Source: Klebsiella phage SopranoGao. From it: a stretch of DNA of 61,644 nt. The position numbers were made by a program, and so were the translations under genes. Shown here piece by piece: positions 35,726 through 44,970 of the stretch (the stretch's first letter is position 1; each line of letters opens with the position of its first letter). The stretch is from the sequence record NC_054966.1; one strand, 5' to 3'. The notes below the pieces were generated by a model. That model saw only the letters and a list, made by a program, of their open reading frames with translations. It was not told the DNA's origin and made no database searches.

Positions 35726-38068
35726 TCACTGCTGTGGTTGTGGTTGAGGCAGGCCAGCGGGCTGCTGTTCCTGCTGTTGCTGCTGGGCGGCCTGTTCCTG
35801 CTGGGCCTGTTGCTCCTGCATAGCCTGCTGCTCGGCAGCGGCTTGCTGTTGCTGCTCGGCCTGCATCACTGCAGCCTGGCGGGCTTCTTCCTCACCTTCT
35901 GTTCGCGAGAGGAAGCTGGATTCATGGAGAATGTTGTCTGCTACCGGAACGGCGGCGGGTTGTGACAGCGCCATAAGTGCGGCTTCCAGCGCCGCTTTTT
36001 GGGTATTGACGTTCTGACCGGCCATAGACGCGAGGATCTGCTGAGCCTGGGCTTGTTCTTTGCCAGCTGATGCGGCGTTTTTCTGCGCATTGCTCTGTTT
36101 GAGCGCTGCTTCTGCCTCGTCTTTGGCGATTGCGGCCAGCTGTGCCCGTTGCTGCAGCTCTGCCTGCGCCTGCTTGGCCTTCTCGGCTGCAATCTCTTCC
36201 GGTGTTGGCTCCTCGGCGTCCGGGTCGCGCATGCCAGTGACCTGGCGGATACGCTTAACCAGCTCTTCACGGCTGGTGATATCCATCCCTTCGACCAGGA
36301 TATCCATCATGACCAGTGCCAGCTGCGGCGCTACTGGTGCCAGCTGCTGCAGCAGGCCAAAAAGCTCTTCGGTCTGCGCCTGGCGGATGGTATTACGCCA
36401 GTCTTCTTCGCCTATGACGAAATCAGCCTTTGAGCGAATGATATCATTGTCCGGATCCCCATCGTTGATGGTGATGTATTCCGGGGTATTGCGCATGTTC
36501 GTGATGCGGAACTGCTTTTCTTCGCTGTAGAACTGCTCGATGGCAGATAGCAGCTTCTCACCATGCACCTGGACGGCATAACGCAGGTTGTCGAAGATAA
36601 GCGCCGTAGCCAGACCGCCCTGCTCCTGTCTGGCGGTGATCGCCTTGCCGCTCGATGCGTTCGTTTGGCGGCCCAGGTTCTCATCGGTGACGCCGGAAAC
36701 CTGCTGAATCATGCCGATAGCTTGGCTCATCATTTGCAGGTGAGAGGCCGCAAGCTCACGGTCAGCGTTGATGATTAGCTCTTTGCCTTGTTTCTTGACG
36801 ATAACGGCATCCGGCCTGGCAACCTCTTCCCTGAACTCGTCCAGATCGTCTACGGCACCCTCGTCCATGATGGTTTTGTTCGTGGATATGATATGCAGCG
36901 CCTTACTGGCACGCTTATTGATATCCTCCTGCATGTCGCGCAGGTTACGGATCACGCCATACGGCAGCTTGTCGCGACCACGGCGATAGCACCAGATAGG
37001 CGTGAATGGGTATGAGTTGTGCCGGTACGGGCTTGGTCCATCCCATAGCATGCCACCGACGCAGAAAATCGAGACGCGCATACGCATGGCGCGGGGAATA
37101 GTGACCGGATATCCTCGCTGTGCCTCAATATCAGCCTGGTGGCCGGGTGCCGGGTCATCCGGATCGTATATCTCACCGTTGAAGTCACCGCCGCGCATTT
37201 TCTCCACTTCTTCGGTGACTTTATGCCAGGCCTCGATAATGCGGACACGCTCACGTTTGAAGGTGGTGACGGCATTGCGGTAGTGCGATGTCTCGTTAAG
37301 GCGTTCCTGGCTGTCGGACGCGTCATCGCCGTAGTCATCGATCTCCCAGTCATTGGCAGCGCGCGCACACATGCGCAGCAGTCCAGCACGGTCAGGGAAC
37401 ATCGCTTCAGCTACATCGAGATCCACCCACTTAAAGCGGAACACATAGCGGGCGTCTGACAGGTCCGGCTCTGTGCAGGCGCTATCCCACAGGATGTTTC
37501 GCCAGCTCTCGTAGCGGTCATAGACCGGTTCGCCGTCTTCAGGCTGCTGCAGGCCTTCTTCCATCCAGCCTACTCCTACCTTCGTGCAATCCTCGAAAGC
37601 CCGGCTGCGGTGGAATGGTGAGCGGTTGATGTCGCTCAGATACTTCATGAGCTGGGTCTTGCGCTCTGCGGCCCTACCGGCATCTTTCCGGCGTGGCAGG
37701 ATTTTCCAGTCCGTGCGTCCGCGCTTTTCGGTGCCGATGATCCAGTTGATGCTGGTGGCAATGACGTTATAGACCAGCGGCACCTGCCCGCGCTCTCTCA
37801 GCGCTGCTGCGTCCTGCTCACGCCACTGGATGCCATCATAGAAATCTTCGTCCCTGGCCTGCTGCTGGCGGTTATCTGCCTGGCGGGCCAGCTCATCCTG
37901 GAATATGCCCAGGAGGCGGGCATAGCGAGCGACCATATCGGGATTGTCTAATGCATGGTCGGGTTTCCCGCGCTCTTCCTCGCTGGCGTATGCTGCGTCC
38001 GGTAAGTCATCGAGCGGCACATGTCTGGCGTCGCGCAGGTCAAAGCCCGTATCTGGTTTATCAAACAC
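35726..38068 (-). CDS. portal protein candidate (780 aa) with Gln-rich C-terminal tail
   Basis: position downstream of terL; size. Confidence 0.55.
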   Translation of the reverse strand: MFDKPDTGFDLRDARHVPLDDLPDAAYASEEERGKPDHALDNPDMVARYARLLGIFQDELARQADNRQQQARDEDFYDGIQWREQDAAALRERGQVPLVYNVIATSINWIIGTEKRGRTDWKILPRRKDAGRAAERKTQLMKYLSDINRSPFHRSRAFEDCTKVGVGWMEEGLQQPEDGEPVYDRYESWRNILWDSACTEPDLSDARYVFRFKWVDLDVAEAMFPDRAGLLRMCARAANDWEIDDYGDDASDSQERLNETSHYRNAVTTFKRERVRIIEAWHKVTEEVEKMRGGDFNGEIYDPDDPAPGHQADIEAQRGYPVTIPRAMRMRVSIFCVGGMLWDGPSPYRHNSYPFTPIWCYRRGRDKLPYGVIRNLRDMQEDINKRASKALHIISTNKTIMDEGAVDDLDEFREEVARPDAVIVKKQGKELIINADRELAASHLQMMSQAIGMIQQVSGVTDENLGRQTNASSGKAITARQEQGGLATALIFDNLRYAVQVHGEKLLSAIEQFYSEEKQFRITNMRNTPEYITINDGDPDNDIIRSKADFVIGEEDWRNTIRQAQTEELFGLLQQLAPVAPQLALVMMDILVEGMDITSREELVKRIRQVTGMRDPDAEEPTPEEIAAEKAKQAQAELQQRAQLAAIAKDEAEAALKQSNAQKNAASAGKEQAQAQQILASMAGQNVNTQKAALEAALMALSQPAAVPVADNILHESSFLSRTEGEEEARQAAVMQAEQQQQAAAEQQAMQEQQAQQEQAAQQQQQEQQPAGLPQPQPQQ

Positions 38069-38492
38069 GTTCGATTACCTCAGAGTGATGGGTTTTCCCT
38101 GTGTCGTGGTCGGTGCGGAATGCATCTGCGACGACGACGCCGGTTGTCGGCTTGGGAGGGATAGCGATCAGGTCGCCCAGGTGGTCGTGAATGAGGGTCA
38201 CTATCTTCATGGCGGCGAACACGTTGCCGGTGTCCATGTTGTTCATATCGAGGAAGGCCATGCACATGACGCGGTTAAGTTGCGGCATCGACTGGGGGTC
38301 TTCCGGGTTCCACTGCCATGCGTCATCGAGGTCGATAATCAGCGGGCGGCAGCGGTTAGCGCCGATGCGATATGTGGGAACAACAACGAGGCACGGCTGA
38401 TGCTCGACCCCGTACCATGTACCGTAAATGGTCAGATCCCCCCGCGTATGCACGAAATGGTACTGAGTCAGGTCTAAAACGTGCTCTGCCAT
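38061..38492 (-). CDS. 143-aa protein inserted between terL and portal (unknown)
   Basis: own upstream palindrome 38524-38540. Confidence 0.4.
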   Translation of the reverse strand: MAEHVLDLTQYHFVHTRGDLTIYGTWYGVEHQPCLVVVPTYRIGANRCRPLIIDLDDAWQWNPEDPQSMPQLNRVMCMAFLDMNNMDTGNVFAAMKIVTLIHDHLGDLIAIPPKPTTGVVVADAFRTDHDTGKTHHSEVIERV

Positions 38493-38523
38493 GATTACCC
38501 TCTGTTGCGTTTATGTCTTATGC

Positions 38524-38540
38524 GTTGCCAGTATAGCAAC
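38524..38540. promoter_or_regulatory. palindrome GTTGC-CAGTATA-GCAAC
   Basis: perfect 5-bp arms, N7 spacer. Confidence 0.5.
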
Positions 38541-38545
38541 ACTTA

Positions 38546-40165
38546 TCACACAGCCATACCCGAAGTATTTCGTCTCGGTTTCGCCTTTGTGCGGCGGCGG
38601 CCAGCGTTCGGGTCCGATCCGTACACCTGCGCCCACTGACGTAATGCGTCGGCGGCCTCACTGTGCCCGTCGTCTTTCTCTGGCTGGTCGGTGAATGTCT
38701 GCATCCGGTTATTGTATTTTTTCCGGTAGCTATCCAGGTGAGCGATGCCCTCTTTACAGGCGTCCTTGTCGATCCAGGCTGTTGCCAGCATGTTCCTGGT
38801 TATCTGGATGCCGTGCTGCAGCTCGGAGACGCGCTCAACGATCTCGATCCGGCGGCGACCCTCTTTCTCCAGCATTTCTTTCGGTGTCAGGTTGGCATTC
38901 TGCCCCTGCCGTACATGGTTGCCGTCGTGAGGCAGGTAGTCAGTGCCCCAAACATACCCCAGCTTGTCCAGCTCCCGGACGTAATAGCCGTATGGTTCGT
39001 CCCAGCCCTCAATGAAGCCGATGAAGCGATGCTCCTGCCCGATATGCTGGTGCAGCCAGATAGCCGTTCCGTCGCCGCTGCCGATGTCCCAAAACGTGTT
39101 GACTGGATATCCTGGCGTATACGGCACGGTGGTAATGCGCTTCTCCTTGCGCATCTTGACCATCTGTTTGGTGTAGTAGCAGCCCTCTGTCGATTTCTGG
39201 AAAGCCTCTTCCGGCGAACTGGGGTATTCCTGCCACATCTTCTCGTCCTGGCCGGAATAGACGTTATCACGCGTGCTCACCCACCATGCCCGCTGCTCGA
39301 TATCGATCATGGTGTCCATTTTGGCTTCTATCTCGTCAAAATATTCGTGCTCTGTCTTCGAGATATCAACCAGCTCCGGATCCATGCGGTACTGCATGTC
39401 CTCCCACCAGGGATAGAAGTGGAAGGCGAATTCCTTGTTCGTGAGCCTGCGCCCCAGGGCGGCAATCTTCTGCGCCCGCTGGCACATCATGAAGAATTCA
39501 CCTTCCCGGCCTTCAGCGGTGGACTCGATGAAAATCATGCCCATTTCGGCCGCCGGGATGGAGCCGGTCACTACCTCATTGGCGCGGTCAGGGAACTTGG
39601 CGCAGATTTTACCGAACTCGGAAATGTGCAGGTGGGTCAGCGTGCCGCCACGGAATGAGGTGGCAACGCTCACCTTGCTGCCGTTGTGGGCGAATTCCAG
39701 CGCGTCGGCGCGGTCGCGTACCAGCGGCATCACCGCACGCAGAACATCCGGCAGGTTGTCATAGCCGAACTTCACCTTGTCCCTGAATATCTCCTCAGCC
39801 ATGTCCTGGTTATGCGCCACGATAGCCGCTGTCGTCGGGTTATTGGCTGGGGCGAACAAAGCACAGTCGAGAAACAGGATAGCGATGAACGTCGTGAAGC
39901 CCAGCTGGCGCGCCTTTAAGATGATATTGCGCTTATGCAGCCTCTTCAGCAGCTTCCGCTGCGCCCGGTTCGGCTTGAATGGCACAATACGGACTTCGCT
40001 TTCATCCTCTTCCCCAAACTCATCGCGCGGCTTGGTCTTGATTTTGTACAGCTGCCCTGAGCACAGTCGCCAGTATGGGTCACTGAGACACTGGAACAGC
40101 TCATCATCGTTCGATGGCACGAAATCGAGCGGCACTGAGCCGGGTTTAGCCGCCTGCAAACTCAT
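38546..40165 (-). CDS. terL: terminase large subunit
   Basis: Walker A region KARQLGFTT, nuclease motifs WDIGSGDGTAIW and HDG; start at MSLQAAKPG with RBS. Confidence 0.8.
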   Translation of the reverse strand: MSLQAAKPGSVPLDFVPSNDDELFQCLSDPYWRLCSGQLYKIKTKPRDEFGEEDESEVRIVPFKPNRAQRKLLKRLHKRNIILKARQLGFTTFIAILFLDCALFAPANNPTTAAIVAHNQDMAEEIFRDKVKFGYDNLPDVLRAVMPLVRDRADALEFAHNGSKVSVATSFRGGTLTHLHISEFGKICAKFPDRANEVVTGSIPAAEMGMIFIESTAEGREGEFFMMCQRAQKIAALGRRLTNKEFAFHFYPWWEDMQYRMDPELVDISKTEHEYFDEIEAKMDTMIDIEQRAWWVSTRDNVYSGQDEKMWQEYPSSPEEAFQKSTEGCYYTKQMVKMRKEKRITTVPYTPGYPVNTFWDIGSGDGTAIWLHQHIGQEHRFIGFIEGWDEPYGYYVRELDKLGYVWGTDYLPHDGNHVRQGQNANLTPKEMLEKEGRRRIEIVERVSELQHGIQITRNMLATAWIDKDACKEGIAHLDSYRKKYNNRMQTFTDQPEKDDGHSEAADALRQWAQVYGSDPNAGRRRTKAKPRRNTSGMAV

Positions 40166-40209
40166 CGCGCCCCCTCGAAAAACAACGATGTGAAGATATT
40201 GCACAGAAA

Positions 40210-40225
40210 ACCGCTATAATGCGGT
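40210..40225. promoter_or_regulatory. palindrome ACCGC-TATAAT-GCGGT (-10-like hexamer inside inverted repeat) upstream of XRE gene
   Basis: read directly. Confidence 0.4.
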
Positions 40226-40263
40226 GAGGCATGTGCATTTATTTCACTTTGAGGATATCGAAT

Positions 40264-40482
40264 ATGGGCGGATTTGAACTGAAACTCTGGCGTAATGGCC
40301 TGGGATGGTCGCAGGAACGGGCAGCTGAAGAGCTGGGAGTGAGCAGACGGACTTACCTTACGTGGGAACAGAAAGGCACCTCCCGCGTGGTTGAGCTTGC
40401 CACGCAGGCGCTGTCCATCAAAGCCGAATGGCCTGAAACCGCCAAAAAGCTGAATAGGCTGTCCACTCTCGCGAAGCACTAA
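40264..40482 (+). CDS. XRE-family HTH regulator (72 aa) encoded antisense between terS and terL
   Basis: HTH WSQERAAEELGVSRRTYLTWEQ; RBS GAGGA; 3' end overlaps terS stop by 4 nt. Confidence 0.6.
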   Translation: MGGFELKLWRNGLGWSQERAAEELGVSRRTYLTWEQKGTSRVVELATQALSIKAEWPETAKKLNRLSTLAKH

Positions 40483-41261
40483 GTATCCTCTTTGTCCTGC
40501 TTAACTGGGGTGATAAGCGCGCCGGGCAGCTGCTGGAGCAGAACTTGCAATGGGTTCTGCTCATCCCCTTTAAGTGTCAGCTTATCATTGAACATGCCCA
40601 AGTGCCTCGCAATCTGGTCGAGCGCTGCTTTCTGGTCATGCATTTTTACTTCCAGCCCCTCTTTCGACTGCTTCACGCCTGCGAACAGGGCCAGCGCTGC
40701 CGGTGAAAGGTTGCGGGTGTCCTGAAAGTAGGTGCTCAGGTGTCCGTCGCCGTGACACTCCGGGCATTTGGCGTGCGGAGAGAGAGAGCTATCAAAGCCA
40801 TAGCCGCCATCATCGGTGATATCGCGTGGCGGTCTGTCTTCCTGTTGGGCCGCCATAGCCTCGCGCGCTTTAGCGTTCTCGAACTCGGCCTCATCCTTCC
40901 ACTGGAATGCATGGTCAATGCCATAGCAGTGACGGCAGCACGTCCGGCGCAGCTGTGTCAGCTCGTTCGGGTTGGCGGTGGCTATCATCCAGTACCGCTG
41001 TAACACCATGTCCTGGGTGATTTTGGTGCGCTCTGAGCGCTTCTCCATGCCAGCCAGGATCGCAGCGTAGACCAGCGGCTTCACCTTACCATTGCTGACC
41101 CACATGTAGGCTTTCGTTCGGGCAACGGTGGCGCTATAACCGGCCGCAAGTGCAGCCCGTTCCGGTGACAAATCGATTAGATATTCGTCCACAAAGCGTT
41201 TATCGCGTGCTGATAGCTTTGTGGCCTTTGCTGTAGGCGTCTTGGTTTGTTTCCTGTTCAT
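40479..41261 (-). CDS. terS: terminase small subunit (Terminase_2 family) with C-terminal Cys4 cluster
   Basis: N-term KLSARDKRFVDEYLIDLSPERAALAAGY; RBS AAGGA. Confidence 0.7.
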   Translation of the reverse strand: MNRKQTKTPTAKATKLSARDKRFVDEYLIDLSPERAALAAGYSATVARTKAYMWVSNGKVKPLVYAAILAGMEKRSERTKITQDMVLQRYWMIATANPNELTQLRRTCCRHCYGIDHAFQWKDEAEFENAKAREAMAAQQEDRPPRDITDDGGYGFDSSLSPHAKCPECHGDGHLSTYFQDTRNLSPAALALFAGVKQSKEGLEVKMHDQKAALDQIARHLGMFNDKLTLKGDEQNPLQVLLQQLPGALITPVKQDKEDT

Positions 41262-41349
41262 AACGTGTCCTTGCGGGTTGACATATCCGCATGCATCGGG
41301 AATCGCTCCCGGATCGCTTTGTTGCGATTGTAGAAACAGGGGTTACGAA

Positions 41350-41616
41350 ATGCAAACACTCAAGCCGATAGATGGGCGGTGGCTTTACTGGCAACAGGTA
41401 GATCTGGCAAACGGTGTTTTCCGCGTGCAGGGCGCTGAATGGCGCACGGAATGTCCAGACTTAACCGAATGGGTTGACTGGACCGGTTCGGCGCAGCTGG
41501 AAGAAGAGATCGGCCTGGCTCTCGATATGCTTGGCGCGTACATGCTTGGTAAATGGGTTGGCTTCGGACGGACGATAGACGGCATCTGTCATGGTATAGC
41601 CTGGATGGTGTCCTGA
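41350..41616 (+). CDS. 88-aa protein (unknown), first gene of plus-strand island
   Basis: RBS; start overlaps GTTAC-GAAATG-CAAAC motif. Confidence 0.45.
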   Translation: MQTLKPIDGRWLYWQQVDLANGVFRVQGAEWRTECPDLTEWVDWTGSAQLEEEIGLALDMLGAYMLGKWVGFGRTIDGICHGIAWMVS

Positions 41617-41782
41617 TGCGTGACCACTATTGTCCGTGGATAGGCAACACTTGCTAAGCGCTTTGTTGCCATATCGCACTATCTGATTGCATATTTACAA
41701 TACTTTTCTGGCGTTACCGCTAACGCTATATTATGATTACCTTGTACCGCGCAATATGCGCCAATAACAACGAGGTAACACC

Positions 41783-42107
41783 CATGACTACCGAATGCAC
41801 CGCTCTGCGTACTGATGGCTTTATAACCAATATCAAATCACGCAATCCATTCGATGTTATCCGCGCCGATGTAGTGCTGAAACGGCTGGAGAAACATGCC
41901 AGCCAGGGCTGTGGCCTGTACTATGAGATTTATGAGGCCCGGCTGTTAGGTATGGCCATCGCCCATCTTGAATTACTGCCTCCGAAAGACCGTCAGACGT
42001 TCATCGCTGCCGCTGAAAAGAGAGGATTGACGCTGAACGAGGAAGAGCTGGAACGCGCTGAAGAAGCGCGTGCCGATGTTATGAGAGAAATTCGGGCTGA
42101 TTACTGA
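41783..42107 (+). CDS. 108-aa protein (unknown)
   Basis: RBS ACGAGG; upstream GGCAACAC...TGTTGCC inverted repeat 41643-41671. Confidence 0.45.
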
Positions 42108-42119
42108 GCAGGTGCCAAC

Positions 42120-42284
42120 ATGCCAAAATTACCAAGCGTTTTCCCGATTGTTCATGACCACGGCACCGATGCTAAAGGCGCGGAGCGTCACTGCCTGTCC
42201 CTGGTGAAAGGCGGCTGGTCTGCAAAACTTGTGCGCCCTGCCGGTCGCGGCTGGCGCGTCGTTATCTCCGGATATCGCGGATAA
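42120..42284 (+). CDS. 54-aa protein (unknown, below track cutoff)
   Basis: manual translation MPKLPSVFPIVHDHG... Confidence 0.3.
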   Translation: MPKLPSVFPIVHDHGTDAKGAERHCLSLVKGGWSAKLVRPAGRGWRVVISGYRG

Positions 42285-42318
42285 AACCTCTTACAGCCCA
42301 TAGGGCTAAGGAACATAT

Positions 42319-42585
42319 GTGAACAGCACTACACCGCGCACCCAGCGCAGACGCCAGCCACCGCTGGAAGTAAACCAGAGCCTGATTGAAAAGCTGAATG
42401 GATTTGTCGAAAGCGCCCGCAAGGGCGAGCAGGATGCCGATTATGAATACGCGATCCGCATGTGGCGCTTCGCCATCCAGATCGTGGAGCAGTTGAGCCA
42501 CCGGGAAGCCGAGAAGCGCGTGCCGTATTACCTGAACCGCATCGACTTCTGCGAAAAAATGGTGAAGCGGGGTAAGCGGTCATGA
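42319..42585 (+). CDS. 88-aa protein (unknown; GTG start)
   Basis: track ORF; 4-nt overlap with next gene. Confidence 0.4.
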   Translation: MNSTTPRTQRRRQPPLEVNQSLIEKLNGFVESARKGEQDADYEYAIRMWRFAIQIVEQLSHREAEKRVPYYLNRIDFCEKMVKRGKRS

Positions 42586-42824
42586 TTACGATCCCCGTCA
42601 CCGGCTACGCAATCGTCCTGGCATGCTCGATTAACGCTGGCACGCCGGATTGCATCGAGCAGCTGGCTACCGGCTATGTGTGGGCCAATGCCCAGCGCTG
42701 CCAGGAAGAGCTGGACCACGCGAAAATACCCGGCGCGCAGTGTGAGAGCCTTTCCGGCATCACCGTTTCTGATGAAGGCACCGGACCGGCACTGGCACGC
42801 ATGATCGACGTGGAGGGTATGTGA
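42582..42824 (+). CDS. 80-aa protein with N-terminal hydrophobic signal (possible lipoprotein, VLAC)
   Basis: MITIPVTGYAIVLACS; 4-nt overlaps. Confidence 0.4.
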   Translation: MITIPVTGYAIVLACSINAGTPDCIEQLATGYVWANAQRCQEELDHAKIPGAQCESLSGITVSDEGTGPALARMIDVEGM

Positions 42825-43036
42825 TTAAACCAAATCCCGGCGCGCTGCGGGCGCGGAGCTACAACAAACGCCGCCAGGAACAGGGCGACATTAAAACCAC
42901 CGTCTGGCTGAAAGGCAGCACCAATGCGGCGCTTCAGATACTGGCGAAGGAGGAAGGGATCACGCGCGATGAGCTGATAGAACGCCTCTGCCGCACGCAC
43001 GTTGCAGAGAAAGGCCGGTTACTCGAACAAGGGTAG
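42821..43036 (+). CDS. 71-aa ribbon-helix-helix-like DNA-binding protein
   Basis: TTVWLKGSTNAALQILAKEEGITRDELIERL resembles RHH fold. Confidence 0.4.
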   Translation: MIKPNPGALRARSYNKRRQEQGDIKTTVWLKGSTNAALQILAKEEGITRDELIERLCRTHVAEKGRLLEQG

Positions 43037-43040
43037 CACT

Positions 43041-43080
43041 AAAAGAAAGGAGCGCTCATAGGCGCTCCTGTTTCGTTTTA
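43041..43080. terminator. bidirectional rho-independent terminator between convergent operons
   Basis: GGAGCGC-TCATA-GGCGCTCC flanked by T-runs on both strands. Confidence 0.55.
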
Positions 43081-43830
43081 TGGGGTGTCCTCCCGTTTTC
43101 TCTCTTCGTCCATCGCCAGCGCCTGGGCAACCACTTCATCGCGGTGCGCTTCAAACTTCTGCCGCGCCTCCTGGCGCTGCCTGGCCTGTTCTGCGTCGGC
43201 ATCGGCTTCCGCCTGGCGCATCGATTCACGCCAGGTGCGCATTAGCTCCGCCATGCGGGCGCGATTGTCCTTCACCTGTTCAGGGCTTAGGTTCGGCAGT
43301 GCCAGCGCCTCCTCTTTGCGCGGCGGAGGCAAAAGCCCACGGTTAACAGCCTGATCGATGGCGACAACACGCAGCTGCTTATCCCAGCCCTCGGAAACCT
43401 CGACGCTCGGAGCGCCACCAGCAGCCTTTGAGATTGATACACTGCGCTCGTAGGCAGCGATGAAGGCCATGCGCGCCCCGATCTTGTCTCCCTCCTCCAG
43501 CAGCGGCAGCGCGATATTGAAAGCGTCCCGCGCCTCCCTGGTCCACACCACCGTGTTGCGCTCGTCAGCGGCTGGCAGCGCCAGTGACCAGGCCTCATTA
43601 GCGGACAGCCAGTCCCTGCCCGGTGACAACATGTCGATGATCGCCTTCAGCGTCAGCTTGCCGGTCGCCTCCTTCCTGACGCGGTTCAGTGCGGTCATCA
43701 CTTCGTGGAAAGGGTATTCGTCCAGATCCTGCGCCATCACCAGCGCGGTGGTGGGCTTCATTTCACCCCCCATCACTTCGGCGGTCGCCACCAGCGTGCG
43801 CAGGACTTGTTCTTTCTCTTCGAGCGTCAT
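43078..43830 (-). CDS. replication-associated protein (P-like partner of O-like initiator; helicase-loader candidate)
   Basis: downstream of O-like gene with 4-nt overlap; Arg/Glu-rich C-term. Confidence 0.4.
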   Translation of the reverse strand: MTLEEKEQVLRTLVATAEVMGGEMKPTTALVMAQDLDEYPFHEVMTALNRVRKEATGKLTLKAIIDMLSPGRDWLSANEAWSLALPAADERNTVVWTREARDAFNIALPLLEEGDKIGARMAFIAAYERSVSISKAAGGAPSVEVSEGWDKQLRVVAIDQAVNRGLLPPPRKEEALALPNLSPEQVKDNRARMAELMRTWRESMRQAEADADAEQARQRQEARQKFEAHRDEVVAQALAMDEERKREDTP

Positions 43831-44765
43831 TCTCTGCCCTCCCGCTCCCTCAGCATGCGGATAGCTTCATCGGCGGCGTTCGCGTTTGCCTGTGTCTGGT
43901 CGAGCTGTCTGGCGCGGGTATTTGTCATTGCCCGGCCATTCATCCACTGCGTGCGGTATCCCTCTGCGTTGAGCAGCAGGAAGTCGAGCGTATGGCTCGC
44001 CATCAGCACGCGCGGCTCGGTGACGTTCTCGACGTAGAAGCGGGCCACGCCAGGCGCTTCCCTGCCCAGCCGCTGGATGAGCTGCTTCACCTGCGCGTTG
44101 GTTTTCGCATTGCGCGGGATCGTCGTGTGATAGCGCTGCTCATAGGCTTTATCGAACCACTCCCAAAAGACTTCCCGGATCCGTTCGTAGCTGGGGCCGT
44201 TGTTCCTTTCGTCGTGTTGTTGCTGCTCTGACAACACTGCAGGCAAGCCACCAGCGGCCGGTGGCGATTTTTCGCCGCCGGTAAGATTCTCTGAGGTAGT
44301 CTCTGTAGTAGTCTCTGTATGAAGATCGGTGCATTTTGCCCCGTTGGGTCGGGGCTTTTTGCCCTTAACGGATGGGGCATTTTGCTCTGATGGGTTGGCG
44401 CAGTCTGCCCCATTCGATTGGTGCAAATTGCCCTGATCGGAGAGAAGCGCGTGCCGGTACTCAATTGTGTAAAAATTGGTGTGGTCGTGCTTCGATTTTC
44501 GCAGCTGCTTAACGTCCACCAGCCCCAGCTTTTTGAGCTTCGTCAGCGTCCGCTTGATGGTGTCCACGGACCAGAACGGGAAGTTGTCGCGCTGCCATTC
44601 CTCGAACGTGTTGTAGACCCATTTGCGGCCGTCGTGGACCTCGCCAGCGGTCGAGTCCTGGATCCAGTAGTTCAGTTGCTGCAGCACGATGGCTTCGTTC
44701 AGGCCGATACGGTCGGCCAGCTCCGCGTTTATGACGATGGGCTTGCGATTGAACAGGAGGCTCAT
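43827..44765 (-). CDS. replication initiator, phage O-like N-terminal domain
   Basis: N-term IVLQQLNYW...WVYNTFEEW...FWSVDTIKRTLTKLKKLGLV pattern; internal iterons. Confidence 0.6.
   Translation of the reverse strand: MSLLFNRKPIVINAELADRIGLNEAIVLQQLNYWIQDSTAGEVHDGRKWVYNTFEEWQRDNFPFWSVDTIKRTLTKLKKLGLVDVKQLRKSKHDHTNFYTIEYRHALLSDQGNLHQSNGADCANPSEQNAPSVKGKKPRPNGAKCTDLHTETTTETTSENLTGGEKSPPAAGGLPAVLSEQQQHDERNNGPSYERIREVFWEWFDKAYEQRYHTTIPRNAKTNAQVKQLIQRLGREAPGVARFYVENVTEPRVLMASHTLDFLLLNAEGYRTQWMNGRAMTNTRARQLDQTQANANAADEAIRMLREREGRE
44296..44319. repeat. two perfect tandem 12-bp iterons GTAGTCTCTGTA inside O-like gene, next to GC hairpin (44336-44360)
   Basis: read directly; lambda ori lies inside O. 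Confidence 0.5.
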
Positions 44766-44970
44766 TGCAGTGCCCCCCTGCGTGGATACATGACGAACTG
44801 CGCGCGGTAGTTGCGTGGGCCAGGTGCTGACGCTGTTGCCACGCGCAGAGAGGGGTTCTTACCGCTTGCGATAATGCGCATGATGGCCCGATATTCGCAT
44901 GGGTTTTCCGCCCGGATGTAGGCATATGGGCGGAGCCTGCCAGCCATTCGATGACAAAAACGCCAGACCT

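Noticed and set aside
34777-35823. 348-aa plus-strand ORF antisense to the scaffold gene
   Set aside because: It has Leu/Arg/Phe-rich low-complexity repeats (LLLLL, FLLLL) and is the mirror of the Glu/Gln-rich scaffold coding strand. It has no start context.
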